Assembly (NCBI GenBank): GCA_947469485.1
Contig: CANIPU010000003.1
Location: 132,870 to 196,869, forward strand
Length of the DNA: 64,000 nucleotides
Direction of reading: 5' to 3'
Source: Chitinophagaceae bacterium
GTDB lineage: Bacteria > Bacteroidota > Bacteroidia > Chitinophagales > UBA10324
Under the pieces are notes generated by a model. That model had not been told where the DNA came from and made no database searches. It worked only from the letters and a program-made list of their open reading frames with translations. The first letter of the stretch is position 1; the number at the start of each line of letters is the position of its first letter. Of this stretch, positions 28,528-36,724 are shown piece by piece. The translations under genes and the position numbers were made by a program.

Positions 28528-28698
28528 TCACAATTTCCTTTTCTCCAATCTTACAGCACGCTCGCCGGTACGGTACCACTGATTGTTTTTGCGCACCCAA
28601 AAAGTTTTTGAAAGAAAATAGTACTTACCCTCCTCCCCTATCTGCCATTTCAGTAACAGTAGCTGTAACAGCAAAGAGGAAGATAAATTAAATTTCAT
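28528..28698 (-). CDS. Possible small ORF (56 aa)
   Basis: Below the ORF-track cut-off. My translation is MKFNLSSSLLLQLLLLKWQIGEEGKYYFLSKTFWVRKNNQWYRTGERAVRLEKRKL. It has protein-like composition, is on the same strand as both neighbours and ends 51 nt upstream of the 139-aa ORF. Confidence 0.25.
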   Translation of the reverse strand: MKFNLSSSLLLQLLLLKWQIGEEGKYYFLSKTFWVRKNNQWYRTGERAVRLEKRKL

Positions 28699-28789
28699 TT
28701 TTTCTGCAGTGGATATAAATAGCCGGAGCGCTTTTAAAAATTGAATGGTAATTAAAACCCACAGCCCGCGGTTTGCATTGATAAGCCGT

Positions 28790-29248
28790 TTATATTTTTT
28801 CTTTCTCTATTTTTTTATGAAAGTCAAGATACATGGGTAATGCAGCTGAGCCATACCATCTGATCAATTCAACAGCAAATACTTTTTGTTGAATGGCAGG
28901 ATCGGTTTGTAATAGCGCCTGTGCTTCTTCAGTTGTTTGTACATTCAGAATAAAGAGCCCGCGGTATTCTTTATCATTTTTTCCAAACGGACCTGCAACA
29001 AGCAGCTTGCCTGCATCAGCTAAACGATTAATGTTTGCAATATGCCCCCTGAATAAACTATCAGACAAGGCCTTGTCTTCTATTTTATTGGCCCCTGTTT
29101 TCAGAATTACGAATATGTAACTATTCATTCCGTATTCATCGGCTCCCAACGAATCGGCAAGCGTTTTATCATATAGTGGATTACCGGTCTGGCATACTGC
29201 AGCCATACTGTAACTGAGAGAGAGAAAAAGAATTAGAAGGTATTTCAT
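28790..29248 (-). CDS. YciI-family protein with signal peptide
   Basis: IFVILKTG...HIANINRLADAGKLLVAGPFG...GLFILNV.TTEEAQALLQTDPAI matches the YCII-related domain pattern. The N-terminus MKYLLILFLSLSYSMAAVCQ is a signal peptide. Confidence 0.7.
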   Translation of the reverse strand: MKYLLILFLSLSYSMAAVCQTGNPLYDKTLADSLGADEYGMNSYIFVILKTGANKIEDKALSDSLFRGHIANINRLADAGKLLVAGPFGKNDKEYRGLFILNVQTTEEAQALLQTDPAIQQKVFAVELIRWYGSAALPMYLDFHKKIEKEKI

Positions 29249-29408
29249 TTTTTAAATTTTAGTTCTTCAGGAGTATAAAATTAGTTTGTGCTCTGAAGAA
29301 ACAAAGAACCGTTTCAAATAGACTACCTTTGAAAATCATATACAGAGGCGGAGCATTGCTGCGTATATTAAGTCAGCATTTTTACACCTGTTTTAAATTT
29401 TAAAAGAA

Positions 29409-29663
29409 ATGGCACGCGAACTAAAACGGAACTCATTAAAGAACGGATTTTACATTGAGGTTTGCTCCATGGGCTCAAGGCAGGGAATAAAAATTGCTTC
29501 TGAAACCCTTCAGGAAATGCTGAAGCAGCAGGATGCCTACAAGGCAAACAAGTATGTAATTGTATGGGGCGAACACAAGGATGGAAAATGGCTGCATGAA
29601 AAAAAGATGCCTGCCGAACCCACTGTACCTAAAGCACCTAAGCTGAAGAAAGCTTTGATATAA
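29409..29663 (+). CDS. Hypothetical small basic protein (84 aa)
   Basis: Only an ORF-track ORF with a lysine-rich C-terminus. No family was recognised, and an antisense ORF of similar size also exists. Confidence 0.3.
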   Translation: MARELKRNSLKNGFYIEVCSMGSRQGIKIASETLQEMLKQQDAYKANKYVIVWGEHKDGKWLHEKKMPAEPTVPKAPKLKKALI

Positions 29664-29780
29664 ATTTTTGTTATTAGGAGCTTGCCGGGCATTTTGTTTT
29701 CTGTTCAATATTCCGGGCCATTGTCAGTAAAATATTTTTTATGCGATTCTCAGCGCCTTCGTTTTTAACTTTAAATCGGT

Positions 29781-30053
29781 AGTTGTATTTATTGTCGGCT
29801 GCAGTTTGCCTGTTTTATTAAGCAGTTTGTTTATTACCAAACTGAGTTTGCTAATTGTTAAATGCAGTTTAATAACTGTAAAATTTAAATCCAAAGTTGT
29901 AGGGCGTGCTTTGTTAATAATAATTCCCGGCTTGTTAATGATTGCATGCTGATTGTTAATTGCTTTTTTCATTTTCATAATTAGCAAAGTGACTTTGTCT
30001 GCTATCAAAATAGGTTTGTTAATGAACAAAGCTGTATTCACAGCTATCAAAAA
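29781..30053. repeat. Array of about 12-13 degenerate tandem repeats on an exact 21-bp grid (core TTGTTAAT)
   Basis: A TTG core falls at 29806, 29827, 29848, 29911, 29932, 29953, 29995 and 30016, all congruent modulo 21. The exact octamer TTGTTAAT occurs at 29911, 29932, 29953 and 30016. 7/8 variants are TTGTTTAT at 29827 and TTGCTAAT at 29848. Degenerate units fill the remaining grid positions. Confidence 0.75.
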
Positions 30054-30338
30054 GTGCCTGAAGCGTTTATTTGGAATTTTATGGCAATAGCCTGTAGTGG
30101 CACACAAGCCGCATATGTGCCAAAAGAAGTTGTAGAATGAAGCAAAAACACCCTCTTGAAACCGGCTAAAAAATAAATTTTTTTGCCCTGAAAAAATCTG
30201 CTTCCTGTAAATAATTGGCTTATTGTTACTTTTAAAAAACGCTGTTTTTTTAATAATTTAAGCGAAAATTTCAGTATAATATATTTATGTAATATATCCA
30301 AATTTATTTTTATTTCAATTCGGCGTGCCAAAAAAAAA

Positions 30339-30371
30339 TTTGCAAATGGCTGAGCAGCAATTATATGTTTG
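30339..30371 (+). promoter_or_regulatory. Candidate Bacteroidota promoter (-33 TTTG, -7 TATGTTTG) for the FN3 gene
   Basis: TTTG at 30339-30342 and TATGTTTG (TAnnTTTG) at 30364-30371, with a 21-nt spacer, 41 nt upstream of ATG 30413. An A9 tract lies immediately upstream of the -33 element. Confidence 0.35.
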
Positions 30372-30412
30372 GGGTGCGAATAATTTTTTTTAACAAACTA
30401 AAAATTAAAATC

Positions 30413-31036
30413 ATGACAAAGAGATTGATTCCTCGGCTCGGGCTTTCAAAGTTGAATTCCCTGGCATTTGCGCAGTTTGTTGCTTACATCATTACTGCGT
30501 TAACCGGCAATGCGGCTTTTCCGGCCCCATCGCCCACGCTTGTTGCGCTTCAGGCGAAATTAACTGAACTGAAAAATGCCATTACCGATGTAAGTGCTCG
30601 GGTGGCCGGCGCCATTGAACTGCGCAACCAGATCAGGAACGAACTGGTTATAATGCTCACCGAGCTTGCCAACTACTGTGTGGTGGCAGCTGCAGGTGAT
30701 GCAGCGGTTTTTAAAACCAGTGGTTTTGAGTTGCGGAGAACACCTCAACCCGCACCCGACCCGCTGGACCCTGTAAAAAATACGCGACTGGTGCTAACCG
30801 GCGACGAAACTGAACTTCGTTTACTATTTGACCCTGTACGCTATGCCAAGAGCTACGAAATATACATGAGCCTTGATGATGATCAGCATTTTACTTTTTA
30901 CTCTACCACATCTGGCCAGCGTTTTTTGCTGCGAAACCTCTTACCGGGGAAGAGGTACTTTGTAAAAGTGAAGCCGGTTGGCCCAAAGGGCATTAAAGGT
31001 GGTTTTGGTGAAATTGCAAGCCGAATAGCCGCTTAA
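30413..31036 (+). CDS. Hypothetical protein with C-terminal fibronectin type III-like domain
   Basis: Start moved to MTKRLIPRLG because the ORF-track start lies inside the -7 box. The C-terminus LRLLFDPVRYAKSYEIYMS...LLPGKRYFVKVKPVGPKGIKGGFGEIA is FN3-like. It is visibly GC-richer than the flanks. Confidence 0.6.
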   Translation: MTKRLIPRLGLSKLNSLAFAQFVAYIITALTGNAAFPAPSPTLVALQAKLTELKNAITDVSARVAGAIELRNQIRNELVIMLTELANYCVVAAAGDAAVFKTSGFELRRTPQPAPDPLDPVKNTRLVLTGDETELRLLFDPVRYAKSYEIYMSLDDDQHFTFYSTTSGQRFLLRNLLPGKRYFVKVKPVGPKGIKGGFGEIASRIAA

Positions 31037-31259
31037 ATTAAATTGTTGATTTTTTTCATAGGTGTTTTTTTTGATGAAAGCGCTTTCAGCTGTAAAAGGC
31101 CGGGGCGCTTTTTTTATTCTTTTGCCCTGAATAATTAACCTAAATAAAAAGTTAATCGGGCGAAAACTGAGTTTCAACGAATATTAACATACACTTAACA
31201 GATTGTTGATTTTTATAAAATACATATAGACGAGGTTTGCATTACAAATACAAATAGCC

Positions 31260-31361
31260 ATGTCGAGTTTAATTCTTGCCTGTTCCATTTTCTTCGTTCT
31301 GTTCTGCTACATCGCTGTCAGCGTTGCTGCTTATAACAGAAAGAAATCAAAGGGACACTAA
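31260..31361 (+). CDS. Possible 33-aa single-TM peptide
   Basis: It translates MSSLILACSIFFVLFCYIAVSVAAYNRKKSKGH*: a hydrophobic helix followed by a basic tail. The only support is the ORF and its composition. Confidence 0.2.
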   Translation: MSSLILACSIFFVLFCYIAVSVAAYNRKKSKGH

Positions 31362-31504
31362 TATCTAAGGGGGTTAATATAATGAGGTTTTATACCCCTC
31401 TCCCATCCCTGTTTTATCGGTAGGGGAGAAGTATGTTTCACGGGAAACAATGCAATTATTGTTTTGCATATCAATCAATTAGCACAAAAAAAACAGTTGA
31501 AATA

Positions 31505-31927
31505 TTACCTGTTGTTCAGAAGATTCAGGTAGAAATCTTCTTTAGCGCGCATTGCCTTTTGGTGAGCAGGTTTTTTGTCTTTATAACCACAAAGGTGAAG
31601 CACCCCGTGAAATAAAACCCGGTTCAATTCTGTTTGGAACGGTTGCTTAAAAGTTTCGGCATTTTCCTTCACACGATCAATTGAAATAAAAACATCGCCT
31701 GATACTTCGTCGTGCGCGGTATAATCGAAAGTTATAATATCGGTAAGGGTATCGTGATTCAGGTATTGTTTGTTCAGCTCAAGCAGGTATTTATCGGAGC
31801 AGAAAATATAATTGAGTTCGCCGATTTCATGTTCCTCGGTAAAGGCAATGAGGTGAATAAATTCAGAAAGCTTTTTGGAATTCTTTAATTTGAAAGAGGG
31901 CAATAGAGAGTGAAAATCAATGGGCAT
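31505..31927 (-). CDS. ybeY: rRNA maturation endoribonuclease YbeY
   Basis: HGVLHLCGYKD (HGxLHLxGYDH zinc motif). 140 aa. Confidence 0.9.
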   Translation of the reverse strand: MPIDFHSLLPSFKLKNSKKLSEFIHLIAFTEEHEIGELNYIFCSDKYLLELNKQYLNHDTLTDIITFDYTAHDEVSGDVFISIDRVKENAETFKQPFQTELNRVLFHGVLHLCGYKDKKPAHQKAMRAKEDFYLNLLNNR

Positions 31928-31954
31928 ACAAATGTTTCCCGTGAAACATACTGA

Positions 31955-32374
31955 TTAAATGGTAAAGTGAATAGCTACTTTACTGCCGTTGTCGCTGAAT
32001 TCAACTGAATCAGACAGTGCTTTCATCAGAAATATTCCTCGGCCGGTAATTTTTTCAATATTGGCAGGGTCCGTTGGGTCGGCCACATTATTAAAATCAA
32101 AACCTGCGCCCTGATCTTTAATAGTAAATACAACTTCTTTATCTTTTTTATCAACGCGCAGAAGCACCGATTTTGAAGCATCATTTTTATTACCCAGTTC
32201 AATGGCATTTTTCACAGCTTCACCCACAGCCACAAGCATATTGTTTCTGATATCTTCCCCCAAACCAAGAGTAGAACCGATATCGTCAATCATTGCTTCC
32301 ACTCTGTGCATACTGTCTATGCGTGAGGGTAATTCTATTTCGGCGTGTTTCATTTCCGTAATCATAGGGAACAA
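31955..32374 (-). CDS. HATPase_c-type anti-sigma regulatory factor-like ATP-binding protein (RsbW/SpoIIAB-like)
   Basis: N-box VGEAVKNAIELG, G1 IKDQGAGFD and G2 TGRGIFLMKALSD. 139 aa. Confidence 0.75.
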   Translation of the reverse strand: MFPMITEMKHAEIELPSRIDSMHRVEAMIDDIGSTLGLGEDIRNNMLVAVGEAVKNAIELGNKNDASKSVLLRVDKKDKEVVFTIKDQGAGFDFNNVADPTDPANIEKITGRGIFLMKALSDSVEFSDNGSKVAIHFTI

Positions 32375-32381
32375 ATGTAAT

Positions 32382-35300
32382 TTACTTAGATAATGTTTTA
32401 AAGTAGTCTTCCACTAAACTTTTGTAAAAAGGCTGAAGGTCGGGCGAAACGGTTTTATACAGTTCCAGTTCAGCTTGTTTCTTTTTAAGGTATTCTTCCA
32501 GAGAAGGAGGGATGGGCCTCGACATTTCATTACCGCTTTGCGATTCGCGCTTGTTATCCTGATCGCGCTCGCGCTGTGCATTTTCGGCATCAAGCAATTT
32601 GTTCAGAATTTCCTGCTGTCGCATAAGTGTTTCTGGAGTCAATTGTTTGTTCAAAAGTTCTTTTTCCGTTTGCTCCATTTGTTCCTGCAACTCACCCAGG
32701 TTTCCCAATGAACCTTTACCGTCTTTATTCATCTGGTCATTTAACTGGCGAAGCATTTCGCGAATGGCGCCCTGCTGTTGCGCTAATTTAGCAGCATCTT
32801 CACTTGGAATTCCGCCTGAACCATCCCCGGGTTTCTGACCGGGCTTTTGTCCGGGTTTATCGCCTGGCTTTTTACCATCCTTCATTTTCTCGCCCAACTC
32901 ATTCATTTTATCATTGAGTTGTTTTTGCATTTGCCCCATTGAACCCGGCTTTGGCTTGGAACCTCCCGGCTTTTTGCACATGGCGCTACCTGGCTTTGCA
33001 TTGGCCATTTGCTGCTGCATCTGCTGCATTACCTCATCAAACATGAGGGCAAGATTGTTTACAGCAGTCATTATAAATTGCTGATTAACAGCAGCCACAT
33101 TGGGTTGCCGCGCCTCCAGATTTGATATGGATAATTCGGCATTCTTTTTTATATCGGCAATTTGATCGTTGGCAAACTGTTTAATCTGGAAAACCTTTTT
33201 GCTCAGTTCCTGAATGCTGTCTTCCACCATTTTAAAATCAGCCTCAAGGTCTTTCTGGTCCTTCATTATCTGAAGGTATTTTGGATTGTAAATATTTGTT
33301 GCCTTGGTCTGGTCAATAAGGTCTTCCTGTTCAAATGATATTTTAATAAGGTTATCAAGTATCTGTCGGATTGCCTGCATGTCCAGTTCCATCTGTTCGG
33401 ATTCTGCACTTTCCATTGCAGCATCCATTTTATCAGCAAGCTGTTTCATTTTATCAGCAGCGCTCTTCTGACTTTTTGATGCCTTGCTGTTGCTTTTCTT
33501 CTGTAACTCGCTGCCAGCTTGCTTTTGGTCGCTGTCAATGGATTCTTCTTCCGGCTGGGTTTCAGGCATTTCAACAGGTTCGTCAAGCTCTTTATTCAGT
33601 GAATCAAGTTTGTCGAGATCTTTTTGAACATCATCAAATTTCTTATTCAGTTCATCCTGTTTTTTTGTAAGTTCCTCAGGAGAATCTTTTTTATTTTCAG
33701 TATCCTTACTCAAATCATCCTGCTCTTTTGATAATTCTTTCAGTTTATCAGAAGTGGCTTCCATCTTCTGCTCAAATTCCATTTTCTTAAACAGCGATAG
33801 CATTCGGTCCAGCTCCTTTTGCAGGTCTTCGTTATTTGCTTTCTGGTCCTTGAGTTTGTCCATTGCATCCTCCTTGTCCATTTTCTCCATCATCTCTTTG
33901 AGCTTCTCCATCATGTCTTTCATTTCAGGAGTAAGCACCTGATTGGCAAGCTCTTGCAATTGTTTTTGTTTTTCTTTCAGTTCGGGCGAAAAGTTTTGAA
34001 ACTGATTTTGTTGTGCTGCATTTTCATTCATTTTCTGCTGCACATTTTCCACATCCTTCATTACCTTTTTTTGCTTTTCCAGCAAATCATCCATTTTCTT
34101 TTTGTCCTCCCAGTTCAGATCTTTCTTCTGCATTAATTCATCACTGAGTTTCTGTAGTTCTTCGGTAATTTTTTGTGCGGCAGTTAGTGATGACTGAAGT
34201 TTTTCTTTAATGTTATCGTTGTTTTTCTCTGTTTGATTTTCCAGTTCTTTCAATGAAGGCATTTGATAAACCATGGCCTGCGAGCGCGATGATTTGCTTC
34301 CGCTCACTTCATCGTTGTCCCATACTTCAAAAAAATAATCAACACGATCACCCGGTTTTAACTGAATGCCGGTTAAATCCCACACATAGGAGAAATGATC
34401 GTTTTTGTCTTTTGAAATCTGAATAGGAATTGATTGCAGATTTGTTTTACCGGAATCTTCGTGTTGTATCTGAAACTGTAACTGCAACTTTTTCAGTCCG
34501 TAATCATCTGTGGCATCACCTGCGAAATACATTATGGAGTGTTCAGTGCTGTCCTGCATTTGTGCAACAGAAATCTGCGGATACATATCGGGCACAACCG
34601 TAATGGTATATTTAACTGAGTCAGCATTGTTCAATTGATTACCTGAAAGCAGCAGTGTGTAAGGAAAATCTTTCATCATCCTGCGCTGAAACAAGAACGA
34701 ACCGCTTCCTTCATTGCGGGCAGAGGAAGTGGAGTCAGCTAAACGAAAAGAAATAGTTGAAGTGTTCTTTGAAAAAAACCGCCACTTGATTCGTGTACCC
34801 TGCGGAACAACAAGATCGCCGATGTTTTGCATTGATTCATTTTTCCGGCCTGTATAAGATGGATATTCCAATGCAGTTTCAAATTTGAGAATCACCGGCT
34901 TTGGCAAAACTTCAATTTTATAATCTTTGGAATTAAATCCGCCGGCACTTAAATTAAAATCAACTGATGCTTGTAACCTCGAAAATTTATAGACGAAAGT
35001 GTTCTTGTTTTTCTTTTCAAGCTTGTATGGATAACCTTCGTATTGAACAAACACTTCGTCAGGAAGCGCGCTGCCATTGACTTTCACCTCTAATTCATAA
35101 TCTTCATACTGAATGGCTGTCAGGTTTTTATTTTGAATTACGAACTGAAAAGGGGCCAGTTTTTCAAATGCGGTTTGGTTGTGAATGAGTCGCGCCGCGC
35201 TTTCGCGTAAAACATTAGGTGCGGCAAATAAGATGAAGACAAACACGAGTAGGGGAGGAACCAGAAATCGTAAATATTTTCGGTTGCTGCTGTATTGTAC

Positions 35301-35744
35301 AGCAGCTGTAAACGGAACGGGCTTCAGCTGAGCTGCTTTTTGATTAATACTTGCCTCAATCAACGAAGAATCCTGAGCTGAAACAGATTGTTCGCGCAGT
35401 TGTAAAATATTGAGTAAGCGGTCCTGCACTTCGCTGAAATGATTACCTACAATTTTTGCAGCTTCCTCGTGAGAAATGATTTTACCAAGACGGAAATAAT
35501 GAATTAAAGGAAGAATAACAAGCCGCAACAACACAACAAATGCAGTTAACAGTAAACTCCAGAAAAGAATGGTGCGTACAGTTGTTCCGAAATAAAAATA
35601 ATATTCTGACACTGCTGTTACCAGAAAGGCTCCGATTAACAAACCACCCGAAAGTATAATACCACGAACCAAGCGGTTCATATAATACTTGCGAATAAAA
35701 GCATCGAGTTTGAGGAGGAGTAAACTATAGGCGCTTTCGTTCAT
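32382..35744 (-). CDS. Large membrane-anchored coiled-coil protein, DUF4175-like
   Basis: The N-terminus has 2-3 TM helices (GIILSGGLLIGAFLVTAV..., TILFWSLLLTAFVVLL...). A central beta-rich region is followed by ~450 aa of K/E/D/Q-rich heptad-like sequence and a KPGDKPGQKPGQKPGDGSGG low-complexity tract. The family name is recalled from memory. Confidence 0.65.
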   Translation of the reverse strand: MNESAYSLLLLKLDAFIRKYYMNRLVRGIILSGGLLIGAFLVTAVSEYYFYFGTTVRTILFWSLLLTAFVVLLRLVILPLIHYFRLGKIISHEEAAKIVGNHFSEVQDRLLNILQLREQSVSAQDSSLIEASINQKAAQLKPVPFTAAVQYSSNRKYLRFLVPPLLVFVFILFAAPNVLRESAARLIHNQTAFEKLAPFQFVIQNKNLTAIQYEDYELEVKVNGSALPDEVFVQYEGYPYKLEKKNKNTFVYKFSRLQASVDFNLSAGGFNSKDYKIEVLPKPVILKFETALEYPSYTGRKNESMQNIGDLVVPQGTRIKWRFFSKNTSTISFRLADSTSSARNEGSGSFLFQRRMMKDFPYTLLLSGNQLNNADSVKYTITVVPDMYPQISVAQMQDSTEHSIMYFAGDATDDYGLKKLQLQFQIQHEDSGKTNLQSIPIQISKDKNDHFSYVWDLTGIQLKPGDRVDYFFEVWDNDEVSGSKSSRSQAMVYQMPSLKELENQTEKNNDNIKEKLQSSLTAAQKITEELQKLSDELMQKKDLNWEDKKKMDDLLEKQKKVMKDVENVQQKMNENAAQQNQFQNFSPELKEKQKQLQELANQVLTPEMKDMMEKLKEMMEKMDKEDAMDKLKDQKANNEDLQKELDRMLSLFKKMEFEQKMEATSDKLKELSKEQDDLSKDTENKKDSPEELTKKQDELNKKFDDVQKDLDKLDSLNKELDEPVEMPETQPEEESIDSDQKQAGSELQKKSNSKASKSQKSAADKMKQLADKMDAAMESAESEQMELDMQAIRQILDNLIKISFEQEDLIDQTKATNIYNPKYLQIMKDQKDLEADFKMVEDSIQELSKKVFQIKQFANDQIADIKKNAELSISNLEARQPNVAAVNQQFIMTAVNNLALMFDEVMQQMQQQMANAKPGSAMCKKPGGSKPKPGSMGQMQKQLNDKMNELGEKMKDGKKPGDKPGQKPGQKPGDGSGGIPSEDAAKLAQQQGAIREMLRQLNDQMNKDGKGSLGNLGELQEQMEQTEKELLNKQLTPETLMRQQEILNKLLDAENAQRERDQDNKRESQSGNEMSRPIPPSLEEYLKKKQAELELYKTVSPDLQPFYKSLVEDYFKTLSK

Positions 35745-35931
35745 GATGTAAATGTAGTGTACTGTACAAACAAAAATTGTGCAGGGTTATTGTTCAGACT
35801 AACACAAGAATAAAAATAGTGGTTCAACACAGTTTACCAAAACTAATTTCAGTCGGCTATACATAGATGTTAATGAATTGTATTTTCCACAAAACACAAC
35901 TGCTTTCTTCATTCTATTTTTGCCCCTGCAC

Positions 35932-36630
35932 ATGAACAATAAATACAAACACATTTTCTTCGATCTCGATCACACTCTTTGGGATTTTGAAAGCAACTCG
36001 CATGAAACATTGCTTGATATGTTTGAAGAGTTTTCGGTATTAAAAACAGGGGTAAACGATAAGCATCATTTTATTAAGCGCTACTATCATCACAATGAAA
36101 TTTACTGGGAGCAATTCAGAAAAGGGGAACTGAGCCGGGAAGAACTGAGGCATATCAGATTCAGAACAACATTGAATGAATTTGATATTGACGATGAAGA
36201 GTTGGTGAAGCAATTAGCAGTTTCATATCTCGAAATACTTCCAACCAAAACAAATTTGTTTCATGATACTATTGAAGTACTCGATTACCTGACTACAAAA
36301 TATTCAATGCACATTATTACGAATGGTTTTGAAGAGGTTCAGTTAAAAAAAATAGTGAATACAGGCATCGGAAAATATTTCAAATACATTATTACCTCAG
36401 AAGCAGCAGGCAGCCAGAAACCAGAACCGGCAATATTCCGTTTTGCAATGCAACTGACCAATGCCGAAATTAAAAACAGCATGTTCGTTGGCGATAGTAT
36501 TGAAGCAGATATCAATGGCGCAAAAGCGGTAGGAATGGATTATGTTTTTTACAACCCCAAAAAAACACCCCACAAAGAAAAAGTGATGTATGAGATTTCA
36601 GCTCTGAGTGAATTGAAAAAGATATTATAG
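35932..36630 (+). CDS. HAD-superfamily hydrolase, YjjG-like noncanonical pyrimidine nucleotidase
   Basis: IFFDLDHTLWDF (DxDxT motif I), ITNG (motif II) and VGDSIEADINGA (motif IV). Start chosen at MNNKYKH. Confidence 0.8.
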   Translation: MNNKYKHIFFDLDHTLWDFESNSHETLLDMFEEFSVLKTGVNDKHHFIKRYYHHNEIYWEQFRKGELSREELRHIRFRTTLNEFDIDDEELVKQLAVSYLEILPTKTNLFHDTIEVLDYLTTKYSMHIITNGFEEVQLKKIVNTGIGKYFKYIITSEAAGSQKPEPAIFRFAMQLTNAEIKNSMFVGDSIEADINGAKAVGMDYVFYNPKKTPHKEKVMYEISALSELKKIL

Positions 36631-36677
36631 TTGGGTAAAAACAAGAGGGTGATTTTGTAAGATTATTGAAAATAAAA

Positions 36678-36703
36678 AAGCCCGCATCTGATGATGCGGG
36701 CTT
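36678..36703. terminator. Bidirectional rho-independent terminator between convergent genes
   Basis: AAGCCCGCATC, a tgat loop, then GATGCGGGCTT: a perfect 11-bp stem. An A-run lies upstream and a T-run (TACTTTTTT) downstream. Confidence 0.85.
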
Positions 36704-36724
36704 TACTTTTTTAATAATTTGCAA

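Noticed and set aside
28500-28620. Possible remainder of the disrupted vsr gene on the + strand. Frame-3 translation gives FPFLQSYSTLAGTVPLIVFAHPKSF, loosely resembling Vsr FRYRLHxKxLPGKPDIVF. ACGGA is shared with the breakpoint of fragment 2.
   Set aside because: The similarity is only a few residues with an indel, and the frame stops immediately. The N-terminal stubs are far better conserved than this would be. The opposite strand carries a more protein-like 56-codon ORF. This is treated as chance unless a profile search says otherwise.
30047-30331. 94-aa minus-strand ORF in the AT-rich spacer upstream of the FN3 gene.
   Set aside because: It has extremely AT-driven K/I/F/L composition, overlaps the other spacer ORF and the FN3 promoter region, and has no recognisable motif.
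22882-31504. Classification of the island as an integrative mobile element or prophage remnant.
   Set aside because: No integrase, transposase, relaxase, phage structural gene, tRNA target or terminal direct repeats were found. It is described only as an accessory or hotspot region.
33300-34200. Highly repetitive-looking A/G-rich (minus-sense) DNA that yields several long antisense ORFs.
   Set aside because: This is the K/E/D/Q-rich coiled-coil region of the DUF4175-like protein. It shows no exact DNA tandem repeat, only compositional bias.
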